Below are positions 23,358 through 36,664 of a stretch of DNA of 64,000 nt, piece by piece. Each line of letters starts with the position of its first letter. The first letter of the stretch is position 1. The position numbers and the translations under genes were made by a program. Where the stretch lies: the NCBI RefSeq assembly GCF_963921235.1, contig NC_086098.1, forward strand, positions 8,556,001 through 8,620,000, written 5' to 3'. The notes below the pieces were generated by a model. The model was not told the DNA's origin, did no database searches, and saw nothing but the letters and a program-made list of their open reading frames with translations. Origin of the DNA: Mobula hypostoma (Eukaryota).

Positions 23358-25265
23358 ACCATAACACCATAAGACATAGGAGCAGAATTAGGCCAGCTGG
23401 CCCATCGAGTCTCTATTCCATCATTTAAATCATTTATACACAGCATAAAAAGAAGTGGTCCTAACACCACTGATCACTGGCAGCCAACCAGAAAAGGATC
23501 CTTTTATTCCCGCTCACTACCTCCTACCAATCAGCCAATGCTTTAATGATGTTAGTAACTTTCCTGTAATACCATGGGCTCTTAACTTAGTAAGCAGTCT
23601 CATGTGTGGCACCTCATCAAAGGACTTCTGAAAGTCCAAATATACAACATCCACTGCATCCCCTTTATCTTGTAATCTCCTCAAAGAATTCCAACAGGTT
23701 CATCAGGCATGATTTTCCCTGAAGGAAAGCATGCTGTCTTTGTACTATCTTGTCCTGTGTCACCAAGTACCCCATCATCTCATCCTTAATTGACTCTAAC
23801 ATCTTCCCAACTACTGAGGTCAGGCTAACTGGTCTATAATTTTCTTTCTGCTGCCTTCCTCCTTTCTGAAAGAGTAGAGTGACATTTGCAATTTTCCAGT
23901 CCTCTGGCACAATGCCAGAGTCCAATGATTTTTGAAAGGTCCTTTTTAATGCCACCACAATCTCTAACGCTACCTCTTTCAGAACCCTAGGGTGCAGTTC
24001 CTCTAGTCCGGGTGACTTATCTACCTTTAGGTCTTTCAGCTTTTTGAGCACCTTCTCTCTTGTAATAGTAACTGCACCCACTTCTCTTCCTTCACGCACT
24101 ACAACATCAGGCATACTGCTAGTGTCTTCCACAGTGAAGACTGATGCAAAACACTCATTTAGTTCAGCAGCCATCTCCTTGTCCCTCATTATTATTTCTC
24201 CTGCCTCATTTTCTGGTGATCCTATGTCCACTCTCATTTCTCTTTTATTTTTAACCGTACTTGAAAAAACTTTTACTACCAACTTTGATATTATTTGCTA
24301 GCTTGCTTTCATATTTCATCTTTTCCCTTCTAATGATTTTTTTAGTTGCGCACTGTAGGTTTTTAAAAACTTCCCAATCCTCTGTCTTCTCACTAATTTT
24401 TGCTTTGTTGTATGCCCTTTCTTTTGCTTTTACAATAGCTTTGACTTGCCTTGTCAGCCATGGTTGTACTATTTTACCATTTGAGAATTTCCTCATTTTT
24501 AGAATATATATGTGCTGCACCTTCCTTATTCTTTCCAGAAATGCACGCCATTGCTGCTCTGCTGACATCCCTGCCAGCAGCTCCTTCCAATTTACTTAAG
24601 CCAACTCCTCTATCATACCTCCCCCAGAAAAGATCCCAAAGATCCAAGACCTTGAAGCCCTGTCCACTGCAGTAGCTTTCTGTCATGCATTTATCCGCCA
24701 AATCATGCTGTTTCTACCCTCACTAGCATGTGGCACAGGCAGAAATCCAGAAATTACTACCTTGGAGGTCCTGCTTCTCGGCTTTCTACAGAGCTCTCTA
24801 AATTCTCTTCTCAGCACCTCTTTGCTTTTCCTTCCTATATCATTGGTATCAATATGTACTGAGACATCTTACTGCTCTCCCTCTCTCTCCAAAGTGTCGT
24901 GGATGCAATCCGTCCCGTTCAAGTCCACAGAATCTCCTGTCTGTTCCCCTCACTATTTAGTCCCCTATCACTACTGCTCTTTTCTTCTCTCTCCTTCCCT
25001 TCTGCAGCATGGACCCATGTTCAGTGCCTGTAACCCGGTCACCCAGTCACCGTGGCATTCTCCCAGGAGGTCACCCCCCCCCCCACCCCCCGCCACAAAA
25101 GTATCCAAAGCGGTATACTTATTTTTGAGGGGAATGGCCACAGTTATGCTCTGCTCTAACTGCCTATTTCCATTTCTCCTGACGGTCACCCAGCTACTTG
25201 TCTTCTGCAACTTCGGGGTGACTACTTCCGTGTAACTTTGATCAGTTATAACCTCACACTCCCGT
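23358..25265 (-). mobile_element. CR1 LINE with internal deletions (ORF1 and ORF2 pieces)
   Basis: [35 protein letters not shown]1 pieces WVTVRR, LKNKYTALDT, LDLWDLFWG. Confidence 0.85.
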
Positions 25266-25269
25266 ACAA

Positions 25270-26670
25270 GCCAAACTTTGCCTCCAACTTCCAAACTGCC
25301 CTCAAATTTACCTGGTCCATTTCCCAACCCTTCCTCAATCTCTCTGTCTCTGTCTCTGGAGACAGCTTATCTACTGATGTTTTTTATAAACCTACAGACT
25401 CTCACAGCTACCTGGACTATACCTCTTCCCACCCTGTTACTTGTAAAGATGGCATCCCCTTCTCTCAGTTTCTCCGTCTCTGCCACATCTACTCTCAGGA
25501 TGAAGCTTTTCATTCCAGAACTAACGAGATGTTCTCCTTCTTCAAGGAATTGGGCATTTCTTCCACCACCACCAACACTGCCCTCAACTGCATATCTTCC
25601 GCTTCGCAAATGTCTGCCCTGACTCTGTCTTCCCGCCACCCTACCAGGGATAGGGTTCCTCTTGTCTTCACCTATCGTTCCACCGGCCTCCATGTCCAGC
25701 ACATAATTCTCCATAACTTCCACCATCTCCAAAAGGATCCCACCACCAAGTACATCTCTCCCTCCGCCCAACTTTCTGCTTTACACAGGGATCGCGACTG
25801 CCTTGTCCATTCATCCCTCTCCACTGATCTCCCTCCTGGCACTTAACTTTGCAAGCGAAGCAAGTTCTACACCTGCCGCTACACTTCCTCCCTCACTACC
25901 ATTCAGGGCCCCATACAGTCCTTCCAGGTGAGGTGACACTTCACCTGTGAGTCTTTTGGGGGCATATTCTGTATCTAGTGCTCCCAGTGTGGTCTCCTGT
26001 ATATCGTGAGACCCAATGTAAATTGGGAGACTGCTTCGCCGAGCATCTACATTCCATCTGCCAGAAAAAGCAGGACATCCCAGTGGCTGCCCAATTTAAT
26101 TACACTTCCCATTCCCATTCCGGCATGTCCATCCATGGCCTCCTCTATTGCCGTGATGAGACCACACTCAATTTGAAAGAGCAATACCTTTTATATCATC
26201 CGGTAGCCTCCAACCTGATGGTATGAACATCAATTTCTCGAAATTCCAGTAATAGCCCCCACCCTCCTTCACCCATTTCCCTCTCTCATCTTATCACCTT
26301 ATCTGCCCATCACCTCCCTCTGGGGCTCCACCCCCCTTTCTTTCTTCCACGGACTTCTGTCCTCTCCCATCACATTCCCCCTTTTCCAGCCCTATATCTC
26401 TTTCACCAATCGACTTCTGAGCTCTTTACTTCATCCCTCCCTCCTCCGGTTTCACCCATCCCTACCACCTTATATTTCTTCCTCCCCTCTCCCCCCCCCA
26501 CCTTCTTACTCACACTTTCATCTTTTTTTTCCAGTTCTGCTGAAGGTTCTTAGCCTGAAACTTCGACAGTTCACTCTTTTCCATAGATATTGCCTAGCCT
26601 GCTGAGTTCCTCCAGCATTTTGTACGTGTCGCTTGAATTTCCAGCATCGGCAGATTTTCTCTTTTTGCTC
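25270..26670 (+). mobile_element. Penelope-like retroelement: RT C-terminus, GIY-YIG endonuclease, 3' pseudo-LTR
   Basis: LKFT...FL.LSV...STDVFYKPTDSHSYLDYTSSHP...IPFSQFLRL; FTCES...CSQCGLLY.ET...LGD.FAEHL. Confidence 0.85.
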
Positions 26671-27434
26671 TCAGAGTTCTCCGGAATTACCCCATAATTC
26701 TGAAGTGCAGGAGCAGGAACTATCCATTGGGAGTCTGTCCTTTTTTCACAAGTCTCAGGAAATATTTATTGCCTGCAGATCTACTTCTGAATGTGAATGC
26801 AAGTAGATCTAAGCAGATTCCATTGCTGGAATCATCTCCAAGGGTTGCAAATAGAGTCCAACTGAATAGAAGTCAAGAAGCTACACACCAACACTAACAA
26901 GTAATTGTTTAATTGATTCACAACTTTAACTCTCCACAGTCTTCTCCTATCACTTACCATAATGGAGGTCCATAAAGGATACAAAAATTCTGGTCTATTT
27001 TCTCCAAGTTAGCCCACAGACTTTAAGAAATTTTCATAGGGTAGATGAATAAATAATTTTTCATCTCATCCAGCATATGCAATTTGACAAAACTATCATT
27101 TTAAATTGTGGGATTTTCAGATATTATGTTGATAATTTAGATACTGTTTACTTACTCACATGTAACAATTTATAGAATTATGGCACTAAATTTCAAAATG
27201 ATACCTTAACTGTGAAGTGGCTTGGAAAATATTGAGATTGTACAAAGTACTTAAGACAGACTCTTTAATCTCTCCAAAGTCACAGCAATAGAATTCAGGT
27301 AGAACCAGATATTCTTTAAAGTCAAAGCTGAGTTTATTTGCATATACATAAGTACATGTCTGTGCAGGTGCAATGAAAAACTTACATATAGCAGCATCTC
27401 AGGAACAGAGCATCAGATCAGCATCAGTCACAAG

Positions 27435-28010
27435 AAAAACGGGAGGCGGGAGGAGGAGATAGCAGCACGCCGTGCGCACGCAGCCCTCCGGTGAAAATGA
27501 TATTGTATCCGTTATATAGGGACCGTGGACAATTCTGATTTGATGGAGGCAGACGTGAAAGCACAGAGGAACATTTGGAGAAATTTCTGAAACGCAGGTT
27601 CGCTGCTGTTGTTACTGCGCGATCGAGAATCTTCCCAGGGAAGGCCCCAAAATCCCCAGCTTTGCCTGCTGCTGGCAACCGAGATTGAGTTCGAATCGTT
27701 CGGATAGAGATAGTGCTCGGTACTCGGTGTCGGAGAGCTGATCGGAGGCTCGAAGTTTTCAGACGACTCAGAGTCAGACTATGGTCGGGCATGGCAAGGA
27801 GAGTTTTTCTTCCTTCTCCCGTCTGCATGAGATGTGGGACATTTGAGAGACTTTGAACTTTTTATTGTGCCATGGACTTTTCTTCATCAAGTTATGGTAT
27901 TGATGCACTGTTGTAACTATATGTTATAATTATGTGGTTTTATTAGTTTTTTTCAGTCTTGGTCTGTCCTGTGTTTTGTGATATCACACTGGAGGAATTA
28001 TTGTATCATT
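27435..28010 (+). mobile_element. Non-autonomous non-LTR element (3' end truncated)
   Basis: Reverse complement of 11200-11765. Confidence 0.8.
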
Positions 28011-28042
28011 TGACCCCAGCATCTGCAGATTATTTTGTGTTT

Positions 28043-28292
28043 ATGGTAGTGTAGTAGTTGGCAGAACACTTTACTGTACAGGCAACCCAAGTTCACTTGC
28101 TGTCGCTGTCTGTAAGTAGTTTGTACGTTTTCCCCATGACCGTGTGGGTTTCCTCCGGGTTCTCGAGTTTCCTCTCGCAGTCCAAAGACTGGTAGCTTAA
28201 CTGGTCACTGTAAACTGCCCTGTGATTATATGCTGACCATCGTGGCTTGAAGGGCTGGAAGGGCCTATTCCACATATTCCACATAAATAAAT
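28043..28292 (+). mobile_element. V-SINE (HE1-like)
   Basis: tRNA-like head, V-domain GTGGGTTTCCTCCGGGTTCTCGAGTTTCCTC...GTCCAAAGA, CR1-like tail ending AATAAA. Confidence 0.8.
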
Positions 28293-28392
28293 GTTTCCAT
28301 TCTCTGTACTTTTAGTAATTGTTCTTTCTTACCAGTCTTATGTGCTTTTGATGCTTTTGGTTACAATACTGTAGAAGTATTGAGGAGCTTAG

Positions 28393-29216
28393 GAGACAAT
28401 GGCGTCTAACGGTCACTCCTGTGCTTGCATCCTCGGAAACAGCTCTATTTCTATCTTTAATATCTCTATTTTTCCCTTTCAGGGTTCTTTTTGAAGACTC
28501 TGACCTGGCGTTACACACTGACTTCAGTTCTTGGGGGGAATGGGACCTGTTCTAGGGGTCTCATGACTGGCTGTTATTTGATATACCAAGGATATGGCCT
28601 AGAAGATTAGCTTGTCTTCGGAGTTTCAGGATTTCTTGGCGCTGGAGGCAGGCGGGCTCGAAGTTGCTGCCTCTGCAGGAAATCTGTGTGTCGTGGGAGT
28701 ACACAGAAGATCGAAAGCAGCGAGCTGGCTGCTGGCTGTGTGCCCAGAGACCCGAGTTCTTTGGGCACAGAGCTCAGAAAAAGCAACGCAATGGACTTTT
28801 AACACCATAAATCAGCAAGTTGTTTTATTATGTCTCCCCTCTCACTGTGAAACGGGGACATCCCTTTTTCCCTTAGTTAGGAGAGAGAGAGCCTGTGGTA
28901 TGTCAAATTACCAGGTGAATGAGTAGTCTTTGGGGTACTGCAAGTCTGTATCTTTATTGATGCTTTCCTGCATGCTTGAGTGCTCGGTGGAGGGTGTTGA
29001 TGCTTTTTTTTACTGGTGGGGGAGGGAGGATTGTTGTTTTGCTGCTACTTACGCATGGGAGGGGGAGCTGAGGGGGCTTTGGGGTTCTAACATTTAACTG
29101 TTATTCATTCTTTGGGGCACTCCTCTGTTTTCATGGATGGTTGCAAAGAAAAAGAATTTCAGAATGTATATTGTACACATTTCTCTGACGTTAAAAGTAC
29201 CTTTGAAACCTTTGAA
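28393..29216 (+). mobile_element. Non-autonomous LINE-derived element with (CCTTTGAA)n-like tail
   Basis: ATGGCG 5' motif, no ORF, short-repeat tail. Confidence 0.5.
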
Positions 29217-32200
29217 TTATGGATACCCTATCAAATACTTCTTGTGTATTTTCCAACTTCTGGGCAAAATTGACTTAAGGATATCTGTAAAAAGGGAAGC
29301 TGCTCATGACATTGGGGTGAATTGTAAAAGAGGATTAAAATTCAATAAATATCAAAGAAAATTACGCCATCTCATAACACGTTGTGTTAATTATAATCTC
29401 ACTGTATGTGACAATAACATTTTCTTGATTGGAATTCCTGTATGTTGTGCATATGCCTCTCTGGCTGCCTGCAGTAACCCACAGAGTATGAAGAGTAATT
29501 CATGCAACATGGAAGACTCTAGAGGGCGATGTTGACTTGTTTGAGATTCTTTTCAGATGTGCAGACCAACTCACAAATTATCAAATGTCATGCTGTAACA
29601 TTATACTTGTATTATTGAGAAGCAGCACCACAAAGGTAGTAATCTCGGGATTACTGCCTGTGCCACGTGACACTGAGTACAGGAATAGAGCGAGGTGGAG
29701 GTGGAAGGCAAATGCATGGTTGAGGGATTGGAGCAATGGGCGTGGATTCAGATTTCTGCATCACTGGGACCTCTTTTGAAGCAGGTGTGACCTGTACAAA
29801 AAAGACAGGCTGCACTTGAACCCGAGGGGGACCAATATCCAGGTGGGGAGGTTTGCTAAGGCTATTGAGGAGAGTTTAAACTAGAGTTACTGTGGGGTGG
29901 GAACCGAACTGAGGAGACGGAGGAAGGGGCGGTTGGCTCACAAGCAGAGAGAAACTTGGAGACAGTGCAAGAGGGAGATAGGCAGGTGATTGAAAAGGAA
30001 CGCTTTCAGACTGATGGCTTGAGATGTGTCTATTTTAATGCAAGGAGTATTATGAACGAAGTGGATGAGCTTAGAGCGTGAATCAGTACTTGGAGCTATG
30101 ATGTTGTGGCCATTAGAGAGATTTGGATGGCTCAGGGGCAGGAATGGTTACTTCAACTGCCAGGCCTTAGATGTTTCAGGAAGGTCAGGGAGGGAGGCAA
30201 AAGAGGTGGGGCATGGCACTGTTGATCAGAGATAGTGTCACAGCTGCAGAAAAGGAGGAAGTCATGGAGGGGTTGTCTATGGAGTTTCTATGGGTGGAAG
30301 TTAGGAACAGGAAGGGGTCAATAACTCTACTGTTTTTTTTTATATAGACCACCCAATAGTAACAGGGACATCGAGGAGCAGATAGGGAGACAGATTCTGG
30401 AAAGGTGTAATAATAACAGGATTTTTGTGGTGGGAGATATTCATTTCCTAAATATCAATTGGCATGTCCCTAGAGTGAGGGGTTTAGATGGGGTGGAGTT
30501 TGTTAAGTGTGTTCAGGAAGGTTTCTTGACACAATATGTAGATAAGCCTACAAGAGGAGAGGCTGTACTTGATCTGGTATTGGAAAATGAACCTGCTCAG
30601 ATGTCAAATCTCTCAGTGGGAGAGCATTTAGGAGATAGTGATCACAATTCTATCTCCTTTACCATAGCATTGGGGAGGGATAGGAACAGACATGTTAGGA
30701 AAGTGTTTAATTGGAGTAAGGGGAAATATGAGGCTATCAGATAGGAACTTGGGAGCATAAATTGGGAACAGATGTTCTCAGGAAACTGTACGGCACAAAT
30801 GTGGCAAATGTTCAGGGGATATTTGTGTGGAGTTCTACATTGGTATGTTCCAATGAGACAGGGAAAAGATGGTAGGGTACAGGAACTGTTTTGTACAAAA
30901 GCTGTTGTAAATCTAGTCAAGAATGAAAGAAGAGCTTATGAAAGACTCAAAAAACTAGCTAATGATAGAGATCTAGAAGATTATAAGGCTAGCAGGAAGG
31001 AACTTAAGAATGAAATTAGGAGAGCCAGAAGGGGTCATGAGAAGGCCTTGACGGACAGGATTCAGGAAAACCTCAAGGCATTCTACAGGTATATGAAGAG
31101 TAAATGGATAAGATGTGAGAGAATAGGACCAATCAAGTACGACAGTGGAAATGTGTGTATGGAACCGGAGGAGATAGCGGAGGTACTTAATGAATACTTT
31201 GCTTCAGTATTCACTGTGGAAAAGGAACTTGGCAACTGTAGAGATGATTTACAATGGATTGAAAAGCTTGAGCATGTAGATATTAAGAAAGGGGATCTGC
31301 TAGAGCTTTTGGAAAGCATCAAGTTGGATAAGTCACAGGGAACCGGACAAGATGTACCCCAGGCTACTGTGAGAGGTGAGGGAGGAGATTTCTGAGCCTC
31401 TGGTGGAGACCTTTGCAGCATCAATGGGGACGAGAGAGGTTCCGGAGAATTGAAGGGTTGCGAATGTTGTTCCCTTATTCAAGAAAGGGAGTAGAGATAG
31501 CCCAGGGAATTATAGACCAGTGAGTCTTACTTCAGTGGTTGGTAAGTTGATGGAGGAGATCCTGAGAGGTAGGATTTATGAACATTTGGAGAGGCATAAT
31601 GTCAGCATAGCTTTGTCAGAGGCAGGTAATGCCTTATGAGCCTGTTTGAATTTTTTGAGGATGTGACTAAACACATTGATGAAGGTAGAGCCGTAGATGT
31701 AGTGTATATGGATTTCAGGAAGGTATTTGATAAGGTACCCCATGCAGGGTTAATTGAGAAAGTAAGGAGGCATGAGGTCTAAGGGGACATTGACTTGTGG
31801 ATCCAGAACTGGCTTGCCACAGAAGGCAAAGAGTGGTTGTAGACAGGTTATATATTGCATGGAAGTCGGTGACTAGTGGTGTACCTCAAGGATCTGTTCT
31901 GGGATTCCTACTCTTCGTCATTTTTATAAATGATCTGTATGAGAAAGTGGAGGGATGGGTTTGTAAGTTTGCTGATGATACAAAGGTTGAGGGTGTTGTG
32001 GATAGTGTGGAGGGCTGTCAGAGGTTACAGCGGGACATTGATAGGATGCAAAACTGGGCTGAGAAGTGGCTGATGGAGTTCAACCCAGATAAGTGTGATG
32101 TGGTTCATTTTGGTAGGTCAAATATGATGGCAGAATATAGTACTAATGGTAAGACTCTTGGCAGTGTGGAGGTTCATAGGGATCTTGGGGTCCGAGTTCA

Positions 32201-32374
32201 TAGGCGCTCAAAGTTGCTGTGCAAGTTGGCTCTGTGGTTAAGGGGACTTCTGCCTGCAGCTCAATGGAGTAACACACAAATTTTGTGGCTGCCTTTAATT
32301 CCTCCTTTTCCCCACTTTAAGCTTTGAATTTTTAACTTCTATTTGTCGGATCTTGGAGAGGAATAGTTGTCATT

Positions 32375-33227
32375 ATGTCACAATCTTTAAGAAGTGGAAA
32401 GCAGCTTTCTGAATCCAGCAATGGAAAGGGAAAAACTTCGAAAGAAAAATCAGAAGATATGCCTGTCTGGGCTGAGCGTTTAGAACATGCGCTGATGGCT
32501 CTTGACAAGAAAATAGACAAAAACACTTCTGAGATGAAGTCATTCCGACAGAGTTTTCAGTTTGTGAAGGAAAATATTATTTCCTGGAATACTGAGCTTA
32601 AAGAGTCGAAGCATCAGTTAGCGGATATTTCAGCTCGCTTGGAACAGGCTCAACGCAGGATAGTCGATTTAGAAGCAAGATCTTGTGGGAATAACATTCG
32701 AATTGTTGGACTGAAGGAAGGATCTGAGAGTGGGAATTTACTGAACTATTTTGCTAATTTGTTTCAATCGTTGTTTCCGGAAATTCTACCTCAGCCTCCG
32801 CTATTGAAACAGCACATAGAATTTTTTCGAAATCTCAAGATTCATCTAAATCACGGGTAATTTTGGTCAGTTTTCTTAGTTTTAAAGTTAAAGACCAAAT
32901 CATAAAACGTGCAAGGAAACAGAGAGTTTTTAAATTTTTATGTGTGTTGCTTGAATTTCCAGCATCTGCAGAATTCCTGTTGTTTGAGTTTTTAAATTTA
33001 ATGGCTCTGAGATTCGTTTTTATGAAGATTATCCACGGGAAGTTATGGAACAGCCTTTCAGATTTGTTCCAGCTATGAAGATAGCCCATGCTAAGGGATT
33101 ATTCCCATCACTTCGCTATCCAGCCCGATTAAAGTTATTTCCTAAAGATTTGACTCCATGTGTTTTTTTGGATCCCCAAGCGACATTGGACTATGTTAAT
33201 TCTATTTTGGAGGTGGTGGAGGTCTGA
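32375..33227 (+). pseudogene. L1 ORF1p (coiled coil-RRM-CTD), one frameshift plus a 62-bp insertion
   Basis: DLEARS..NNIRIVGLKEGSE; AHR; IRFYEDYPREV; LRYPARLKL. Confidence 0.85.
32938..32985 (+). mobile_element. 48-bp Penelope-derived terminal fragment with 14-bp TSD
   Basis: GAGTTTTTAAATTT at 32924-32937 and 32986-32999; TGTGTGTTGCTTGAATTTCCAGCATCTGCAGA matches the repeat end at 26625-26660. Confidence 0.8.
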
Positions 33228-34829
33228 ATGGTATTAGGTCTGCTGAATAACTTTCCAAAAGAAAACAGCTTTGAAGACTTCTGATATGTTGAAGATATTC
33301 TTTGATCGATGGACTATTTAAAGAAGATATGAACTTCTTGATTTGACTGATGGATGACTTTTCCGAAGTCTGTTTGGTATACTAAGTGAATTAACACAAG
33401 ATTGTTAACTGGTTTGATTATCTGTTTTTATTTTTCCTTTTCTTCATTAATTAAGTGATAGTTTTTATAGTTTATATAGACTTCTTATATATATATAGCG
33501 AGGAGTGCTTAGTAAATAGATAATTAGTTTTAGTTTTTCTGTCAGAAACTGCTTTTTCATCAGGCAGTAAGTCAAAGGGATAATGGTGCCAATTTTTTTC
33601 GATAGAGATTATAATGTTTAGGTTTAATTTTATTGCTTTGACATCTCTGGAGAGTGTTTTTGCATTCCCTAGTTTCTTCATTTGTTTCTCTGTAGGGCTT
33701 TCTTATCTTAGGGCCATGTGTTTTTTTTTGTAAAGGGGAGGGGGGGATTAAGAAAAACTTTTAAAATCACTATTTAAATTGAGCAGCTCGTAGAGTTCTG
33801 TTTCTTTTTTATTTTTCTATGGGAACGCATTCCGGCTTATTTCTTCTTTTTGCTGGATTACTATTTTTTGGGATGGTGGGAGGATTGGGGGTAGTTTTGA
33901 ATTATAGGTTTTACAGTTGGATTGATTTTATTTTTTTCGGTTAGTAGGGGTTTTTTTGTTTTAGTTAGTAGGGGCTCTTTTTTCCTTCTTTCTTTTTTCC
34001 AAAAAAAATAATAGTTTTAACATTTTGTTTTTACTTATTATTATTGGTATACTGTTTAGCTTGGTTAATCAGTTATTTGATAGTTTAACTCTAATTGTAT
34101 ATATTGATATGTTGATTTGATTAATTTTCTTGTAGATTTTCAATAACAATTAATAAAATGATTTAAAAATCACTCTGTGGTTAAGAAGGCATATGGTGCA
34201 TTGGCTTTCATCAATCGTAGGATTGAGTTTAGGAGCCGAGAGCTAATGTTGCAGCTATATAGGACAGGTCAGACCCCACTTGGAGTACTGTGCTCAGTTC
34301 TGGTCACCTCACTATAGGAAGGATATGGAAATTATAGAAAGGGTGCAGAGGAGATTTACAAGGGTGTTGACCGGATTGGGGAGCATGCCTTATGAGAATA
34401 GGTTGAGTGAACTTGGCCTTTTCTCCTTGGAGCGACAGAGAATGAGAGGTGACCTGATAGAGGTGTATAAGATGATGAGAGGCATTGATCGTGTGGATAG
34501 TCAGAGGCTTTTTCCCAGGGCTGAAGTGGCTAGCATGAGAGGGCACAGTTTTAAGGTGCTTGGAAGTAGGTACAGAGGAGATGTCAGGGGTAAGTTTTTT
34601 ACGCAGAGAGTGGTGAGTGCGTGGAACTGCTGGTGACTATGGTGGAGGCAGATACAATAGGGTCTTTTAAGAGGCTCCTGGATAAGTACATGGAGCTTAG
34701 AAAAATAGAGGGCTAAGGGTAACCCTAGGCAATTTCTACGGTAAGGCATGTTTGACACAGCTTTCTGGGCTGAAGGGCCTGTACTGTGCTGCAGGTGTTC
34801 TATGTTTCTGTTTATATGCTTTGGGTCCT

Positions 34830-36440
34830 GGGGTGGAGATATGCCACTACTAAAGGAGAGATAAGGCATTCCTTCAATCCGTTAGCCTGCAGGTCACCCT
34901 TGGGCAAGGTGTAGTAACTGCTTAGACCCCCGTGATCAGGGTGATGTAAAGCCATGGGAGCAGGTGGTGATTGGTCGTATGAGCACCTGGTGCATATCAC
35001 AAGTCCTATCACTGATGCTAGACAGACAATCTCTGAAGGGTATTAATAATGGCTGGGGTCACCTGTCTTGTAAAGACACCACCCAAAAGAAGGCAATAAC
35101 AAACTACTTATGTCGAAAAATTTGCCAAGAACACTCATGGTCAGGGAAAGACCATGATCATCTGTGTCATACCACGTAGCTCTCTCTCCCATGGTGATGG
35201 GGCAATGTCAGCTTTCTTGAAGTTCCGGTGCAGAACATCCTTGTACCGTAGTCGCAGCCTCCTCATTTTCGGGTACCACTGGACAGTTGGCCATACAAGA
35301 TGTCCTTGGACAGTCTTCCGTCAGGCATTCTGACTACATGTCCTACCCAGCACAGTTTGGCTGACATCACTAAGGTTGAAACTGCTGGCATTCCGGCTCG
35401 AGAGAGGACCTCGGTATTGGAGACCTTGTCTCACCAGGTGATCTTCATCGAAGAACGTAGGTGACGCTGCTGCAGTTGGTCAAGCTGGCATAAGTGTCTC
35501 TGATATGGGCAGCATGTCTCACATCCGTATAACAAGGTTGATATGACAACAGCCCTATATACCTTGCACTTGGTGGCCAACTTGACGTTCTGTGACCAAA
35601 TTCAATCTTTCAGCCAACCAAAGGCAAAGCAGGTTTTTCTGGTTCTTGACTCAATCTCTACATCCAGAGAAGCTGAGAATGTTATTATGCTGCCCAGGTA
35701 GCAAAACCTGTTGACAGCATTGAGTGTCATCAATGAGGACAGTTGGTTCTTCGTAGCTTGAGCCAGGAGCCGGTTGGTACAAAACCTCCATCTTTTCCAG
35801 GCTGATTGTCAGTCCGAAGCTTTTGGCTGCACTGGCAAGGTGACTGGTGATCTCCTGTAAGTCTTCGAGAGAGGGCAACCAGTGCAGAGTCATCAGCAAA
35901 CTGTAGCTCATGCACCACAACATCCCTGACTTTTGTTTTTGCTCTCAGTCTTGCAAGGTTGAGGAACCCACCATCAGCCCTCATTTGTAGGAAGACCCCT
36001 AACTTCAGGTCTGATGTGGCATCCTGAAGAACGGCAGTGAAGAATAGTCCAAACAGAGTAGGAGCCAGAACGCAACCCTGTTTTACACGGCTTCTGATGG
36101 AAAATGGGTCTGACAACTCACCACACATGTTGATGCGGCCTTCCGTGCCTTTGTGGAACTGACAGATGATGTTGGTTAGGCCTGGGGGCAACCGAATTTT
36201 GGTAGGAGCTTCCTCAAGCCATCTCTACCAACAGTGTTAAACGCTTTGGTTAAACCAACAAATGTGACATAGAGACATAGGGTATTAATAATGGCTGGAG
36301 TCACCTGTCTTGTAAAGACACTGCCCAAAAGAAGGCAATAACAAACTACTTATGTAGAAAAATTTGCCAAGAACACTCATGGTCATGGAAAGACCATGGT
36401 CGTCTGTGTCATACCACGTAGCACATAATAAACGAATGAT
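34830..36440 (+). mobile_element. RTE-related short element with its 3' 144 bp duplicated around an RTE insertion
   Basis: Family match to 1198-1560; direct repeats 35037-35180 and 36279-36422. Confidence 0.75.
35181..36278 (-). mobile_element. RTE LINE RT fragment
   Basis: VKQGCVLAPTLF, RLRAKTKV, LQFADD, FGLTISL.K, LYGCET, LRYKDVL. Confidence 0.85.
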
Positions 36441-36524
36441 TTATACACTTCACTATAGTTCTTCTTTCTAATTTATCTATACAAGCCATGTGACCTACAC
36501 TCAAGCATTCTACTATCAAGATAG

Positions 36525-36657
36525 ACATAAGAGATTCTGCAGATGCTGGATATCTCGAGCAGTACACACAAAATGTTGGAGGAACTCAGCAGGTCAGGCA
36601 GGTCATCTATGGATGGGAATAAACAGTCGACATTTTGGGCTAAGACCTTCCATCAAG
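36525..36657 (-). mobile_element. Penelope-derived short repeat
   Basis: GATTCTGCAGATGCTGGA...GGAACTCAGCAGGTCAGGCAG...AACAGTCGACATTTTGGG. Confidence 0.7.
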
Positions 36658-36664
36658 ATCCCTT

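Larger units (their letters stand above)
32242..34172 (+). mobile_element. L1-clade element with ORF1 only (HAL1-like)
   Basis: GGGGACTTC start, ORF1 32375-33227, T-rich 3' region, AATAAA and A-rich end; TSD CTCTGTGGTTAA (32230-32241, 34173-34184). Confidence 0.8.
29618..34812 (+). mobile_element. CR1 LINE (ORF1 esterase end, EN, RT, 3' tail) split by the L1 at 32242-34172
   Basis: KVVISGLLPVP, PTRGEAVLDLVL, SDHN, SGVPQGSVLG, KFADDTK, EYCAQFWSP. Confidence 0.9.

Noticed and set aside
26670..26900. ~75 open codons and the small hairpin AGATCTACTT/AAGTAGATCT
   Set aside because: No recognisable protein motif; a 10-bp stem is expected by chance in 64 kb.
29137..29535. 132-aa ORF
   Set aside because: Starts inside a repeat tail and continues into AT-rich sequence with no domain signal.
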